In this document: positions 19,600-30,925 of the stretch, piece after piece
How positions within the stretch are numbered: position 1 is the first letter of the stretch
Layout: every line of letters starts with the position of its first letter
Assembly (NCBI RefSeq): GCF_008000775.2
Contig: NZ_CP042905.2
Span: forward strand, 3,690,001 to 3,722,000
Source of the DNA: Promethearchaeum syntrophicum
Lineage (GTDB): Archaea; Asgardarchaeota; Lokiarchaeia; Sigyniarchaeales; Promethearchaeaceae
DNA: 32,000 bases
Direction of reading: 5' to 3'
Notes under the pieces: generated by a model
Seen by the model: only the letters and a program-made list of their open reading frames with translations
Database searches by the model: none
Told to the model about the DNA's origin: nothing
Position numbers and translations under genes: made by a program

Positions 19600-19777
19600 T
19601 AATATTACTTAACCTTTGATTCATAAATTTTTATGGTATATTTTATATACACATCATTTTCATTAAGATTAGTCTAATTTAGAACTTTTTTCGTGGTTTA
19701 ATTTGATTTGCGAAAAATACATATTTTGATTACACACTTTTTACGCAACCTTTTTATACTAGTGTTTCTATTACATA

Positions 19778-19799
19778 ATTATAACTAAAAAATTATAAT
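19778..19799. promoter_or_regulatory. Candidate operator/hairpin: ATTATAA-N8-TTATAAT
   Basis: Perfect 7-bp inverted repeat at 19778-19784 / 19793-19799, downstream of a TATA-like CTTTTTATAC and upstream of the micro-ORF and MFS gene. Confidence 0.35.
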
Positions 19800-19987
19800 A
19801 GTGAAAAAAAATGAAGAACAATCAAAAATACTATACGAAAAAAAATGCCTATGGCACTATTGCTGAAAATACGAACAGAACAAGCTATTCAGAAATGAGA
19901 TTTCAATTTTATTAATTTTTTTATTTTATTTTATTTTAATGATGTGTATAAAAATATGTATAACTCAATAAAAAACAGGTTTTTAAT

Positions 19988-21313
19988 ATGACAGAACAAT
20001 TACAAATAATCAAAAATTCAAAAACATTCAAACACTACATAATTTTCTTGATCGGTCAGTTATTTTCATTATTTGGCTCTTCTGTAGTCCAATTTGCAGG
20101 TACATGGTGGATTACACTTCAAACCGATGATCCTCTCTACATGAGTATATCTTTACTACTAATGTTCGCACCTCAACTTTTATTTGGTGCATTAGCGGGC
20201 GTAATCGCGGATAAATACAATCGAAAAATAGTAATTCTAATTACAGATGCATATCAAGCAATCATAACCTTACTCTTAATTATCTTTTCTTCTTTTGTTC
20301 TTGAGAGTTTATGGGTATTTATTATCTTTATTTCGGTCAGACACATTGGACAAACATTTCAGAGACCAGCAGTACAAACTGTAGCACCAATGTTGGTTCC
20401 CGATGAAAAATTATCCCAAATAAACGGAATTAATTCTCTGCTTCAATCATTAATACAAATAGTTTCTCCAATTGTTGGAGCCTTGCTAATTGGTCGTTTT
20501 TCAATTATACAAATAATGTGGTTAGATGTAATCACATTTATCATGGCTTCAATACCGTTATTCTTCATTAAGTTTCCAAATATTCACCTTAAACCTGGGG
20601 AAGGAACAACTAAAGAAACCGAGAAGAAATCTTCTTTCATAGTCAATTTCAAGGAAGGTTTGAAGGCAATTAAAGAAACTCCCGGTTTATGGGTTTTAAT
20701 TATTACTGCAATATTTAACAATCTGCTAATTACTCCACTTAATGTGCTTTTAACATATTTTATTTATTACGACCATCATGGAACTGCAGAACTTTTTGCA
20801 ATCGTTTCCATAGTGGTTAACTTAGGAATCATTGGGGGTTCAATTTTAATGTCTGTCAAGAAAAATTGGAAAAATAAGAAATTTCAATTTGTTTTATGGC
20901 ATTATATAGCATTTATAGGTTACGCTATAGTAGGATTAGCACCAGAAGGTCTATTTTGGTTGATGGGTGCAGGTGGATTTATACTATTATTTGCAATACC
21001 AGTTATAAATACATTCTATTTAACATATATTCAAAAAGCAGTTCCGAAAGAAAAACAAGGAAGAGTTTTTTCATTAGACTCATTATTCAGTTCGGCTGCG
21101 ACCCCAATTGGGATGATAATTTGCGTTCCTTTAGCAGAAATTATAGGAATTGGGAATTTATTCGCAATTTGTGCGTTTATGGCAATGATCATCATTACCA
21201 TCTTTACAGTAACAAAACAAATCGCTAAGGTAAATTTTGATGTTAAAGAAGAGAGAAATGAAAGTGTTAGTCAGACCGATAATGCAATCTTAACTGATCC
21301 CATAGTTGAATAG
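19988..21313 (+). CDS. Major facilitator superfamily transporter
   Basis: 12-TM-like ORF with LFGSSVVQFAGTWWITLQ, GALAGVIADKYNRKIVILITD and REKQGRVFSL-type loops. Confidence 0.9.
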   Translation: MTEQLQIIKNSKTFKHYIIFLIGQLFSLFGSSVVQFAGTWWITLQTDDPLYMSISLLLMFAPQLLFGALAGVIADKYNRKIVILITDAYQAIITLLLIIFSSFVLESLWVFIIFISVRHIGQTFQRPAVQTVAPMLVPDEKLSQINGINSLLQSLIQIVSPIVGALLIGRFSIIQIMWLDVITFIMASIPLFFIKFPNIHLKPGEGTTKETEKKSSFIVNFKEGLKAIKETPGLWVLIITAIFNNLLITPLNVLLTYFIYYDHHGTAELFAIVSIVVNLGIIGGSILMSVKKNWKNKKFQFVLWHYIAFIGYAIVGLAPEGLFWLMGAGGFILLFAIPVINTFYLTYIQKAVPKEKQGRVFSLDSLFSSAATPIGMIICVPLAEIIGIGNLFAICAFMAMIIITIFTVTKQIAKVNFDVKEERNESVSQTDNAILTDPIVE

Positions 21314-21441
21314 AAATTAAATCACACATCAATACTTTTTTTTTTTATCTGGTTTGTATTAGAGATTTAAAATAAAATACGAAATTCAAAAACATAAGAT
21401 ACTGTATATGAAAGAATGAAACAAAAAGGAAAAGAACACGA

Positions 21442-22551
21442 ATGAAAGACTACAATGAAAAAGCAGCAATGTTGGCAGTTAATTTTGCTGTTAATGTAAA
21501 ACCAGGAGATCTTGTATTTATCCAAGGTTCTGAGGTCGCAAATGATCTCATAAAAGCCGTTTATATTGAAACTTTGAAGGCGGGAGGACATCCAATCGTT
21601 CAATCGGGAATAAAGGGAATTGACGTAGCAAGATACAAATATTCCAACGACGAACAACTTGCGTATTTCAACCCAGTAAGAGAATTAATAATGACTAAAG
21701 CTCAGAAAATGATAAGTGTCTATGCAGATCACAATCGGCAAAAAATGACGTTAATCAACCCTGAAAAGGTTAAATTGACCAGATCTTCTCCGAAATTTAT
21801 GGAAGTGATGAAAATATATCAAGAACGATTGGCTAAAAAGGAAATAAAATGGACTATCGTACCCTATCCATGTGACAGTTTTGCTCAAGATGCGAAAATG
21901 GATACGGAATCCTATAAAGAATTTATTTATAAAGCATTAAAACTCGATTCTGAAAATCCTGCTGAAGCATGGAGAGAAATTGAAGAAAAACAAGAAAAAA
22001 TCATAGAAATTTTAAATAAAGTTGACAAAATTCAAGTTCTGGGAGAAGATACCGATCTTACACTCTCAGTAAAAGGAAGACCTTGGGAAAACTGCTGTGG
22101 GCATGAAAATTTACCTGATGGAGAAGTTTTTACAAGCCCTATCGAGGATTCTATTAACGGTAGAATTCGATTTACATATCCAGGAATCTATCAAGGTAAA
22201 GAAATTAAAAATATACTTCTGGAATTTAAAGACGGGAGAGTTATAAAAGGTATTGCTGATGAAGGGCAAGAATTGTTAGATTCTATTTTAACCATTGATA
22301 ATGCGGATATCATTGGGGAATTTGCGATTGGAACTAATTATGGAATTCAGAAATTCACCAAGAATATGTTATTTGATGAAAAAATGGGCGGAACTATGCA
22401 TATGGCTTTGGGAATGGGATTTCCAGAAACGAAAAGTGAAAATACGTTATGTGCTATCCATTGGGATATTCTCAAAGACATGAAAAGTGAAGATTCAAAG
22501 ATAATTGCTGATGGAAAAGTAATATACCAAGCGGGAAAATGGCTTATTTAA
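21442..22551 (+). CDS. M29 family (thermophilic-type) metallo-aminopeptidase
   Basis: NVKPGDLVFIQGSEVANDLIKAVY..., GRPWENCCGHENLPDGEVFTSPIEDSINGRIRFTYPG, GEFAIGTNYGIQKFTKNMLFDEKMGGTMHMALGMGFPE. Confidence 0.9.
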   Translation: MKDYNEKAAMLAVNFAVNVKPGDLVFIQGSEVANDLIKAVYIETLKAGGHPIVQSGIKGIDVARYKYSNDEQLAYFNPVRELIMTKAQKMISVYADHNRQKMTLINPEKVKLTRSSPKFMEVMKIYQERLAKKEIKWTIVPYPCDSFAQDAKMDTESYKEFIYKALKLDSENPAEAWREIEEKQEKIIEILNKVDKIQVLGEDTDLTLSVKGRPWENCCGHENLPDGEVFTSPIEDSINGRIRFTYPGIYQGKEIKNILLEFKDGRVIKGIADEGQELLDSILTIDNADIIGEFAIGTNYGIQKFTKNMLFDEKMGGTMHMALGMGFPETKSENTLCAIHWDILKDMKSEDSKIIADGKVIYQAGKWLI

Positions 22552-22560
22552 ATTAATAGA

Positions 22561-22585
22561 TGCTTTTTTGTTTTTTTATTTTAGA
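22561..22585 (+). terminator. Poly-T archaeal-type terminator candidate after the aminopeptidase
   Basis: TGCTTTTTTGTTTTTTTATTTTAG 10 nt downstream of the stop codon. Confidence 0.4.
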
Positions 22586-22765
22586 AAACTATTTCCTCTT
22601 CGTAAACTAATTTCAAATCTATTTCAATAAAATTTTTGACTCAATCGTAAATTTCTTGGTTATCTGTCTAATTTAGAAGGAAAAATGTTCCGTTTGAATG
22701 ATTAGCGTTGCTCTTGACCCTAATGAATCATAAGTTCAATAAAACTTGCTAAAATCATACGCTGG

Positions 22766-23200
22766 CTATAAATCTCGGTTCTGGCATTCTTTACATTTAT
22801 AATATATATCAATCCTCTGGCCTATTGGTTTAACATGAAGATTTTTTATTAAATTATTCCATGAATTCTGGATTTGATCAGGATAATAATCAAGAATTGA
22901 ATTGCATTTTGTACAGACCAAATTGATATGAATTTTTGTATTAGGATCATATCTTACAGCCCCCTCTCCAAATCCTAATTCATTTACAACTCCTATTTCT
23001 TTCAATGAATTTAGCGTTTTATATATCGTTCCAAGGCTTATTGTTGGAAATTTATCATGCAAATCGTGATAAATTTGATCTGCTGAGGGATGATCAAATC
23101 GCGAAAGGATATATTTAGTTACAAGCAATCTTTGTGTTGTTACCTTTAAATTATTCTTCTTAAGCAAATCAATAATATGCTGGTTTTCCATGTGAATCAT
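22766..23200 (-). CDS. Fur/PerR family metal- or peroxide-responsive regulator
   Basis: LKVTTQRLLVTKYILSRFDHPSADQIYHDLHDKFPTISLGTIYKTLNSLKEIGVVNEL... CTKCNSILDYY... CKECQ. Confidence 0.9.
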   Translation of the reverse strand: MIHMENQHIIDLLKKNNLKVTTQRLLVTKYILSRFDHPSADQIYHDLHDKFPTISLGTIYKTLNSLKEIGVVNELGFGEGAVRYDPNTKIHINLVCTKCNSILDYYPDQIQNSWNNLIKNLHVKPIGQRIDIYYKCKECQNRDL

Positions 23201-23281
23201 TTATATATTTTGATAGTATATTAAAGTATCGTGTATGTTAAAAAGAAAATGTTTTTTAAGAACTATTACCATATGATATTG

Positions 23282-23297
23282 ATTCTTAATTGAGAAT
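23282..23297. promoter_or_regulatory. Candidate Fur/PerR-type operator (ATTCTTAATTGAGAAT)
   Basis: 16-bp near-palindrome (one mismatched pair) between divergent fur-like and katG genes. Confidence 0.4.
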
Positions 23298-23324
23298 TAT
23301 TTTAATTTAGATCTAAGTTTTTGA

Positions 23325-25583
<2,259 letters not shown>

Positions 25584-25745
25584 AGATGGATTAAGGATAA
25601 ATCTATGGCTATTTCATTTCAGGAAAATTTTTTTCTTTTTCTCCAACCTCCAGCTTAATGGTTCGGAAAAATGGTAGGAGGCAGAATTATTTAGTTAAAA
25701 AATGAAATGATAAAAAATGTTACTTTTTAGAGATTTTTATTTTTT

Positions 25746-26408
25746 CTAAATCCCATATATTATTTGCATATCAGGGACTTCAACTGTATAATAATGCACC
25801 CAAATGTAAATATGAGTAAATAAAGCTATTAGTAGTGCAGATTGTGAAGCGAGAATTAACCCAGGAATCCATAAAATCAACACCCCAAAAATATACATTC
25901 CATTTTTAAAATAACGATACATTCCACGTGACTCCAATTGCTTGGACCTATAAGATATATCAAAATGATCTGCTCCCGCTGCTCGTTTGATCCCAAAATA
26001 ACGTAAAACAGAATAGAAAAGATAAATCATCGGAATACTTATAATTATTGCTAAAGTGCGCAAAATGACAATGTTAATATCCAATGTATTTTGATTGGAA
26101 ATACTTACCATTGCAATAGAAATAAATCGGGCGAAAAATAGAATGAAAAAACCAAAAATATATAAATTAAATCCCAATTTACCAAATTTTCGAGTAATCC
26201 ACTCTGATTTTAGCTGAATTCGCCAGCAAATAAGCACATAAACTTGATGACCTACATTAATCACAAGGCAAAGAATTACCCAAAATAAAGTGGTCATTCC
26301 AAACAAATCTCCTTGAAGAAAATTGTTATAGGGGAGTATCAAACGGAACAAAATTGAAGAAATAATTAAAAATAATAGGTGATATTGTTGTTTCTCTAAA
26401 ATTTTCAT
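25746..26408 (-). CDS. PEMT/isoprenylcysteine methyltransferase-like membrane protein
   Basis: LRYFGIKRAAGADHFDISYRSKQLESRGMYRYFKNGMYIFGVLILWIPGLIL... HIYIWVHYYTVEVPDM. Confidence 0.6.
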   Translation of the reverse strand: MKILEKQQYHLLFLIISSILFRLILPYNNFLQGDLFGMTTLFWVILCLVINVGHQVYVLICWRIQLKSEWITRKFGKLGFNLYIFGFFILFFARFISIAMVSISNQNTLDINIVILRTLAIIISIPMIYLFYSVLRYFGIKRAAGADHFDISYRSKQLESRGMYRYFKNGMYIFGVLILWIPGLILASQSALLIALFTHIYIWVHYYTVEVPDMQIIYGI

Positions 26409-26505
26409 TTGTAATTAGATATATATCCTTTTTACAAATAAGATAGCTTCTTTCTTTTTAAAATGAAAATTTATATAGCAATTTTATTCTTGTAGAATAA
26501 AAAGA

Positions 26506-27033
26506 TTATTTTAAGGATTTTGAACCAATTTTTATATCAAGGATTGGAGAACCATTAAAAGCATCAAGATTTATTACATACAAAGTGGTTCCTTCTATCT
26601 TGATTAGTTCAACCTCAGAAATACCTAATCTTGAAGGTCGAAAGGGAGTTCTTGAAGCAAATACACCCACTTTTTTTCCATCTAAACCCCGTGCAAAAGT
26701 AGAGGTAATTGGTTGTTGAATATGAAAATAGAAAATAATTGTTATCCATTTTTCATCTTCTAATTTAAAGAGAAATGGTTTTTGAGAATCAAACAACTTT
26801 ATTTTTGAAATAGATAAATTAGAATTATTATTTGATTTACCTCTAAATTCAAAATTTTGCCCCGGATCTGTATCATTTGCAACAAAACCAATTGGATAAA
26901 TTTTGTAGGGTTTACTTTCATTGTACAAACAGGAATGGCATATTAGTTTATCATCAATTTTTTCAATATGGTATTGGTCAGAGTTTTGATTACATAAAGA
27001 ACATTTGCATTTGGTGCAGGTTGGCATTGTCAA
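26506..27033 (-). CDS. trmO: TsaA/TrmO-family tRNA methyltransferase (m6t6A37-type) with N-terminal Cys-rich segment
   Basis: YPIGFVANDTD..., FYFHIQQPITSTFARGLDGKKVGVFASRTPFRPSRLGISEVELIKIEGTTLYVINLDAFNGSPILDIK; N-terminus CTKCKCSLCNQ...CHSC. Confidence 0.85.
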   Translation of the reverse strand: MTMPTCTKCKCSLCNQNSDQYHIEKIDDKLICHSCLYNESKPYKIYPIGFVANDTDPGQNFEFRGKSNNNSNLSISKIKLFDSQKPFLFKLEDEKWITIIFYFHIQQPITSTFARGLDGKKVGVFASRTPFRPSRLGISEVELIKIEGTTLYVINLDAFNGSPILDIKIGSKSLK

Positions 27034-27150
27034 CTAAGAAAATGAAGGAAATTTCAAAAATTTTCGCTTTTTCTTAGATTGACAAATAAAATGGGAGAAC
27101 ACACATCGAAGATAAATTTTATATGAGAATTAATCCAAAATCTTATTATT

Positions 27151-27903
27151 ATGACGATATTGTATTCTAAACTAGCACGAGCATATCATGAAATGTATCA
27201 AACGATTTTCGATTATGATCAAGATTTTCAGATTTATGATACTTTTCTCAAAAAATATAATGGAAAGAAGGTTCTTGAATTAGGATGTGGTTCAGGGAAT
27301 TTAGGGCATCGCTTGGTACAAGCTAATTATAATTATTTGGGTTTAGATTTGTTTCCCGAAATGTTAACAATTGCTAGAGATGAGTTTCCAGATATTATCG
27401 TTCAGCAAGGAGATATGCGTTCATTTGAACTCAAGACTAAATTTGATGTCATACTCATTTCTGGTAGATCATTTTGCTATTTAACGACAAATCAAGATGT
27501 TATTCGTTGTTTAATTCAAGTATTTAAGCATCTCAAACCTAACGGGATTTTAATTTTTGATAATTTCTATGCTCCGATAATTTTTAGTGATTTTCATACA
27601 AATTTGGAGCAAGAAGCGATCTATCAAACCCGAAAATATAGACGAATCAGTAAAAATAACCCAAATTTTCAGACAGGGTGGACTTGGAATTGGGATGCAA
27701 AATATATTGTTGAAGAAAATAATCAGATCCAAGAATATTTTGATTATTCCATCCTACGAGCTTTTACCGAAGATGAACTCCAACTTTTTCTTAATCTTTG
27801 TGGTTTCAATATTTTAGAATTGAAAAAAGAAAATGCTGCAATATGGCTGGTTGCTCAGAAGAAAAATTCAATTAGAGAAATAATTAAAAAAATGGAATTA
27901 TAA
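27151..27903 (+). CDS. Class I SAM-dependent methyltransferase
   Basis: KVLELGCGSGNLGHRLVQANYNYLGLDLFPEMLTIARDEFPDIIVQQGDMRSF motifs. Confidence 0.9.
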   Translation: MTILYSKLARAYHEMYQTIFDYDQDFQIYDTFLKKYNGKKVLELGCGSGNLGHRLVQANYNYLGLDLFPEMLTIARDEFPDIIVQQGDMRSFELKTKFDVILISGRSFCYLTTNQDVIRCLIQVFKHLKPNGILIFDNFYAPIIFSDFHTNLEQEAIYQTRKYRRISKNNPNFQTGWTWNWDAKYIVEENNQIQEYFDYSILRAFTEDELQLFLNLCGFNILELKKENAAIWLVAQKKNSIREIIKKMEL

Positions 27904-28398
27904 ATCCATTTCGATGTGGCAAATTTCCCCTGTTTGTAAATGATTTTTGGAAACTATCGGATCTGATCCCCGAGCATAAGCTATCGCACCTGTCAAAATC
28001 CCTCCAACTGGACAAGCGGTATTATTTTCAAGATCATATCCACCCACGCGCTTTGGGCAAATGTGGCATTTTTGTACTACAACTTTCAATTTATTTTCTT
28101 CTACATTGAGGTCTAGTTCTTCCGCAAGGTTAATTACCTTCATCAACTCTCCAATAAGCTTTTCTTCCGAGTCGGACACTTTAACTAGTTTTTGCTCCAA
28201 CATTTCTTTCATAAGCTCCCTTCCTATCCACATACTTAATGCATCTGTAGCACTTTGAGTATCTGTAGCATCATTTAGTATCAGTTCTCTTGTTTTAATT
28301 ATTCCAAATCCTAAACCAATGATGGCTTTATTAAGAAAACTTTTCGACTTCTCTAATTTCTCTGATTTTGATGTAAAAATTCCCATTGATTTCATCAC
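27898..28398 (-). CDS. Uncharacterised protein with C-terminal Cys motif (CHICPKRVGG...CPVGGIL...C)
   Basis: 166-aa ORF; C-terminus KCHICPKRVGGYDLENNTACPVGGILTGAIAYARGSDPIVSKNHLQTGEICHIEMDL suggests a metal or ligand site. Confidence 0.65.
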   Translation of the reverse strand: MMKSMGIFTSKSEKLEKSKSFLNKAIIGLGFGIIKTRELILNDATDTQSATDALSMWIGRELMKEMLEQKLVKVSDSEEKLIGELMKVINLAEELDLNVEENKLKVVVQKCHICPKRVGGYDLENNTACPVGGILTGAIAYARGSDPIVSKNHLQTGEICHIEMDL

Positions 28399-28432
28399 TT
28401 TTATTTTGTTTTATTCATTCATTGATTAATTG

Positions 28433-28939
28433 TCAATTTAGTACCTTTTTATAAATAATGCCCTCTTTAACATATTTCTCAAGCAATTTTGAAATTGTAC
28501 CTGGCTCGATCTTTCTGTTAAGAGCTTTCTCAAACACTTTACACTTTTCCAAGATTGATGATAAGCTAATCTCCTTGTCTTTTGAAACCATATTAAGTAA
28601 TCTCTTTTCTATTACATTTGGGATTCCTTTATCTCTAAGTTCTTCACACTTTAATGTACAAGCATAGATAATTTTCTGATTTACAGATAAATTCCTTCCA
28701 ACATTGTTGGAAGGTTCCTTATTATCTTCAATGTATGATGTGTCATGGACTCGTTCAACATGTCGAACTTCATAATTTCGATCGATATATACAATCAACA
28801 CGCTACCTTCTTCGCAAACATGGTCACTTGTAAACGGTATCGGATATCTCTTAGCATTCTTTACAATTTCAGAATCTATTTCAAAAGTAAAACTCTTTTT
28901 GCAAATGGGACATAAGGCCCTAATTTTCCGTTCTGACAA
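28433..28939 (-). CDS. Zinc-ribbon protein with C-terminal winged-helix-like region
   Basis: ICPICKKSFTFEIDSEIVKNAKRYPIPFTSDHVCEEGSVLIVYIDRNYEVRHVE; later NRKIEPGTISKLLEKYVKEGIIYKK. Confidence 0.65.
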   Translation of the reverse strand: MSERKIRALCPICKKSFTFEIDSEIVKNAKRYPIPFTSDHVCEEGSVLIVYIDRNYEVRHVERVHDTSYIEDNKEPSNNVGRNLSVNQKIIYACTLKCEELRDKGIPNVIEKRLLNMVSKDKEISLSSILEKCKVFEKALNRKIEPGTISKLLEKYVKEGIIYKKVLN

Positions 28940-29178
28940 TTAAATATTACCTCAATAATAAAAGGGAAGGATGACGCTAAAAGATTATTCAATTGTCAAA
29001 AACAATATTGTCTCTGCTCTTTTCGATCATTTTCTTCATTATAATTTCGAATTGTGATAATAATGATGTAAAAGATTTCTTTTTTCTAACATCTTTATTG
29101 CATATTCATTCATAATTAAACAAATTTCTAAAAAAATAATTGAAATATTTGAAAAGTTAAAATCCACTAAAGAATATA

Positions 29179-30267
29179 ATGACATCTGGAATTAGAGATA
29201 TTGAAATTAGCAAACAAATCCTTGAAAAAATAAATTTTGAATCCAATAATCTTTCTAAACCAATAACCATTATGCATGTATGTGGAACACATGAATACAC
29301 TGTTGCAAAAAATGGTCTTCGAAATCTTTTACCAGATAACATTAAAATAATTTCAGGACCAGGGTGTCCTGTTTGTGTTTGCCCCACAGGAGAATTAGAC
29401 TTGGCAATAGAGCTAAGTAAAAGGGAAAATGTAATTATGACAACCTTTGGAGATATGATGCGCGTTCCTTCTTCAACAATTTCTCTTTTCAAAGCTAGAG
29501 CTCAAGGTCATGATGTTCGAGTAGTATATGGACCAAATGATGCAGTGGAATTAGCAAGGAAGAATCCAACGAAAGAAGTTGTTTTTTTTGCAATTGGTTT
29601 TGAAACCACAACACCTTCAGTAGCATTTGAATTAATAAATGACCCTCCATCAAATTTTAGCATAATTTGTACTCATAAAACAGTTCCTCCTGCAATGGAT
29701 TTACTGCTAAATTTACCTAATCTTGAACTTAGCGGATTCTTACTTCCTGGACATGTGTGCGCCATCATTGGAGCAAAACCCTTTGAACTATATGCAGAAA
29801 AATATAGAACACCTATGGTAGTCGGGGGATTTGAGGTAAATGATGTTTTAATGTCACTTTATTACATTTTACGCCAAACAATAAAAAAAGAAGCTTTTGT
29901 TGACAATACATATAAGCGAATTGTAAAACGCGAAGGTAATAAAAAAGCAATTCAATATATTTCAGATGTGTTTGAACCAGTAGATTCGGTTTGGAGAGGT
30001 ATTGGGATGATCTCAAATAGTGGTTTAAAAATCCGCAAGAAATTTGAAGAATTTGATGCTGTGGTAAAATTTAATGTTAAAATTGAAGAAAAAATTGAGA
30101 TGCCAAAGGGATGTTCGTGTGATAAAGTCTTAATCGGAAACATACCTCCACAAAAATGTCCCCTTTTTGGTAAATCATGCACTCCTAGACATCCAATAGG
30201 CCCGTGTATGGTATCTCATGAAGGGGCATGCAAAATTGCTTTTAGCTTTCGGGAAATTATCGATTAA
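29179..30267 (+). CDS. hypD: Hydrogenase maturation factor HypD
   Basis: IMHVCGTHEYTVAKNGLRNLLPDNIKIISGPGCPVCVCP, FFAIGFETTTPS, LSGFLLPGHVCAIIG, CSCDKVLIGNIPPQKCPLFGKSCTPRHPIGPCMVSHEGAC. Confidence 0.97.
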   Translation: MTSGIRDIEISKQILEKINFESNNLSKPITIMHVCGTHEYTVAKNGLRNLLPDNIKIISGPGCPVCVCPTGELDLAIELSKRENVIMTTFGDMMRVPSSTISLFKARAQGHDVRVVYGPNDAVELARKNPTKEVVFFAIGFETTTPSVAFELINDPPSNFSIICTHKTVPPAMDLLLNLPNLELSGFLLPGHVCAIIGAKPFELYAEKYRTPMVVGGFEVNDVLMSLYYILRQTIKKEAFVDNTYKRIVKREGNKKAIQYISDVFEPVDSVWRGIGMISNSGLKIRKKFEEFDAVVKFNVKIEEKIEMPKGCSCDKVLIGNIPPQKCPLFGKSCTPRHPIGPCMVSHEGACKIAFSFREIID

Positions 30268-30270
30268 TGT

Positions 30271-30867
30271 TTAATAATATAATTTAAGGATCTCATTTAG
30301 CACAAATATTAACTCCTTACACACTTCTTCCATTTCCTTTGTTAAATTGAAGGAATAAAACGGAATATTTGGATTATTCTCTTTCATATCCAAATCCCAT
30401 AAATCTTCTCGATATAATTGATAAGTCTCTAAAAATTTTAATGAGTAGGGACAAATTCCAACTAATTTTATATCAACACCAGAGACACCCCTTTGAATTC
30501 GATCAATAAATACAGGTAAAGGTAAACTATGACTTGAAATGGGTAAATAATTGAGTATTTTATCTTCTTCGAAAATTCCGATAGTTCCGGAGGGTTTTTT
30601 TAAATCAATAACATCAACTATTAACACTAATTCAGGTTGAAAATCGATTATTTCGGGGAGTCGCTCTTCGGGCGTAATACCACCATTGATAATACTTATT
30701 TTAGTTTTATTTTTCCATTTTTGCCATAGTTCCCACGTGATATAAACTCCAGCTCCATCATCACCCATTCTATTCTCACCAATTCCTAAAATTAGTAGTT
30801 TTGGAGATGATTTTAAGAGATTGGTTAAGGAAAGATTAAGATTTTTGTATTTTTCCTTTAAATCCAT
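30271..30867 (-). CDS. Hydrogenase maturation endopeptidase (HycI/HyaD family)
   Basis: LLILGIGENRMGDDGAGVYI, IDFQPELVLIVDVIDLKKPSGTIGIFE, SSHSLPLPVFID. Confidence 0.88.
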   Translation of the reverse strand: MDLKEKYKNLNLSLTNLLKSSPKLLILGIGENRMGDDGAGVYITWELWQKWKNKTKISIINGGITPEERLPEIIDFQPELVLIVDVIDLKKPSGTIGIFEEDKILNYLPISSHSLPLPVFIDRIQRGVSGVDIKLVGICPYSLKFLETYQLYREDLWDLDMKENNPNIPFYSFNLTKEMEEVCKELIFVLNEILKLYY

Positions 30868-30925
30868 AATAACATTATTTTAGTAAAATTGTTAAAATTT
30901 CGGAATTTATTCTATAATTGGAATA

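Noticed and set aside
19801-19866. GTG-initiated frame overlapping the micro-ORF
   Set aside because: Short frame ending at an early TGA with no plausible product.
20896-21228. 110-aa + strand ORF inside the MFS gene
   Set aside because: Alternate frame of a well-supported MFS gene; no domain-like features.
29813-30182. Minus-strand ORFs opposite hypD
   Set aside because: Antisense shadows of the conserved hypD coding sequence.
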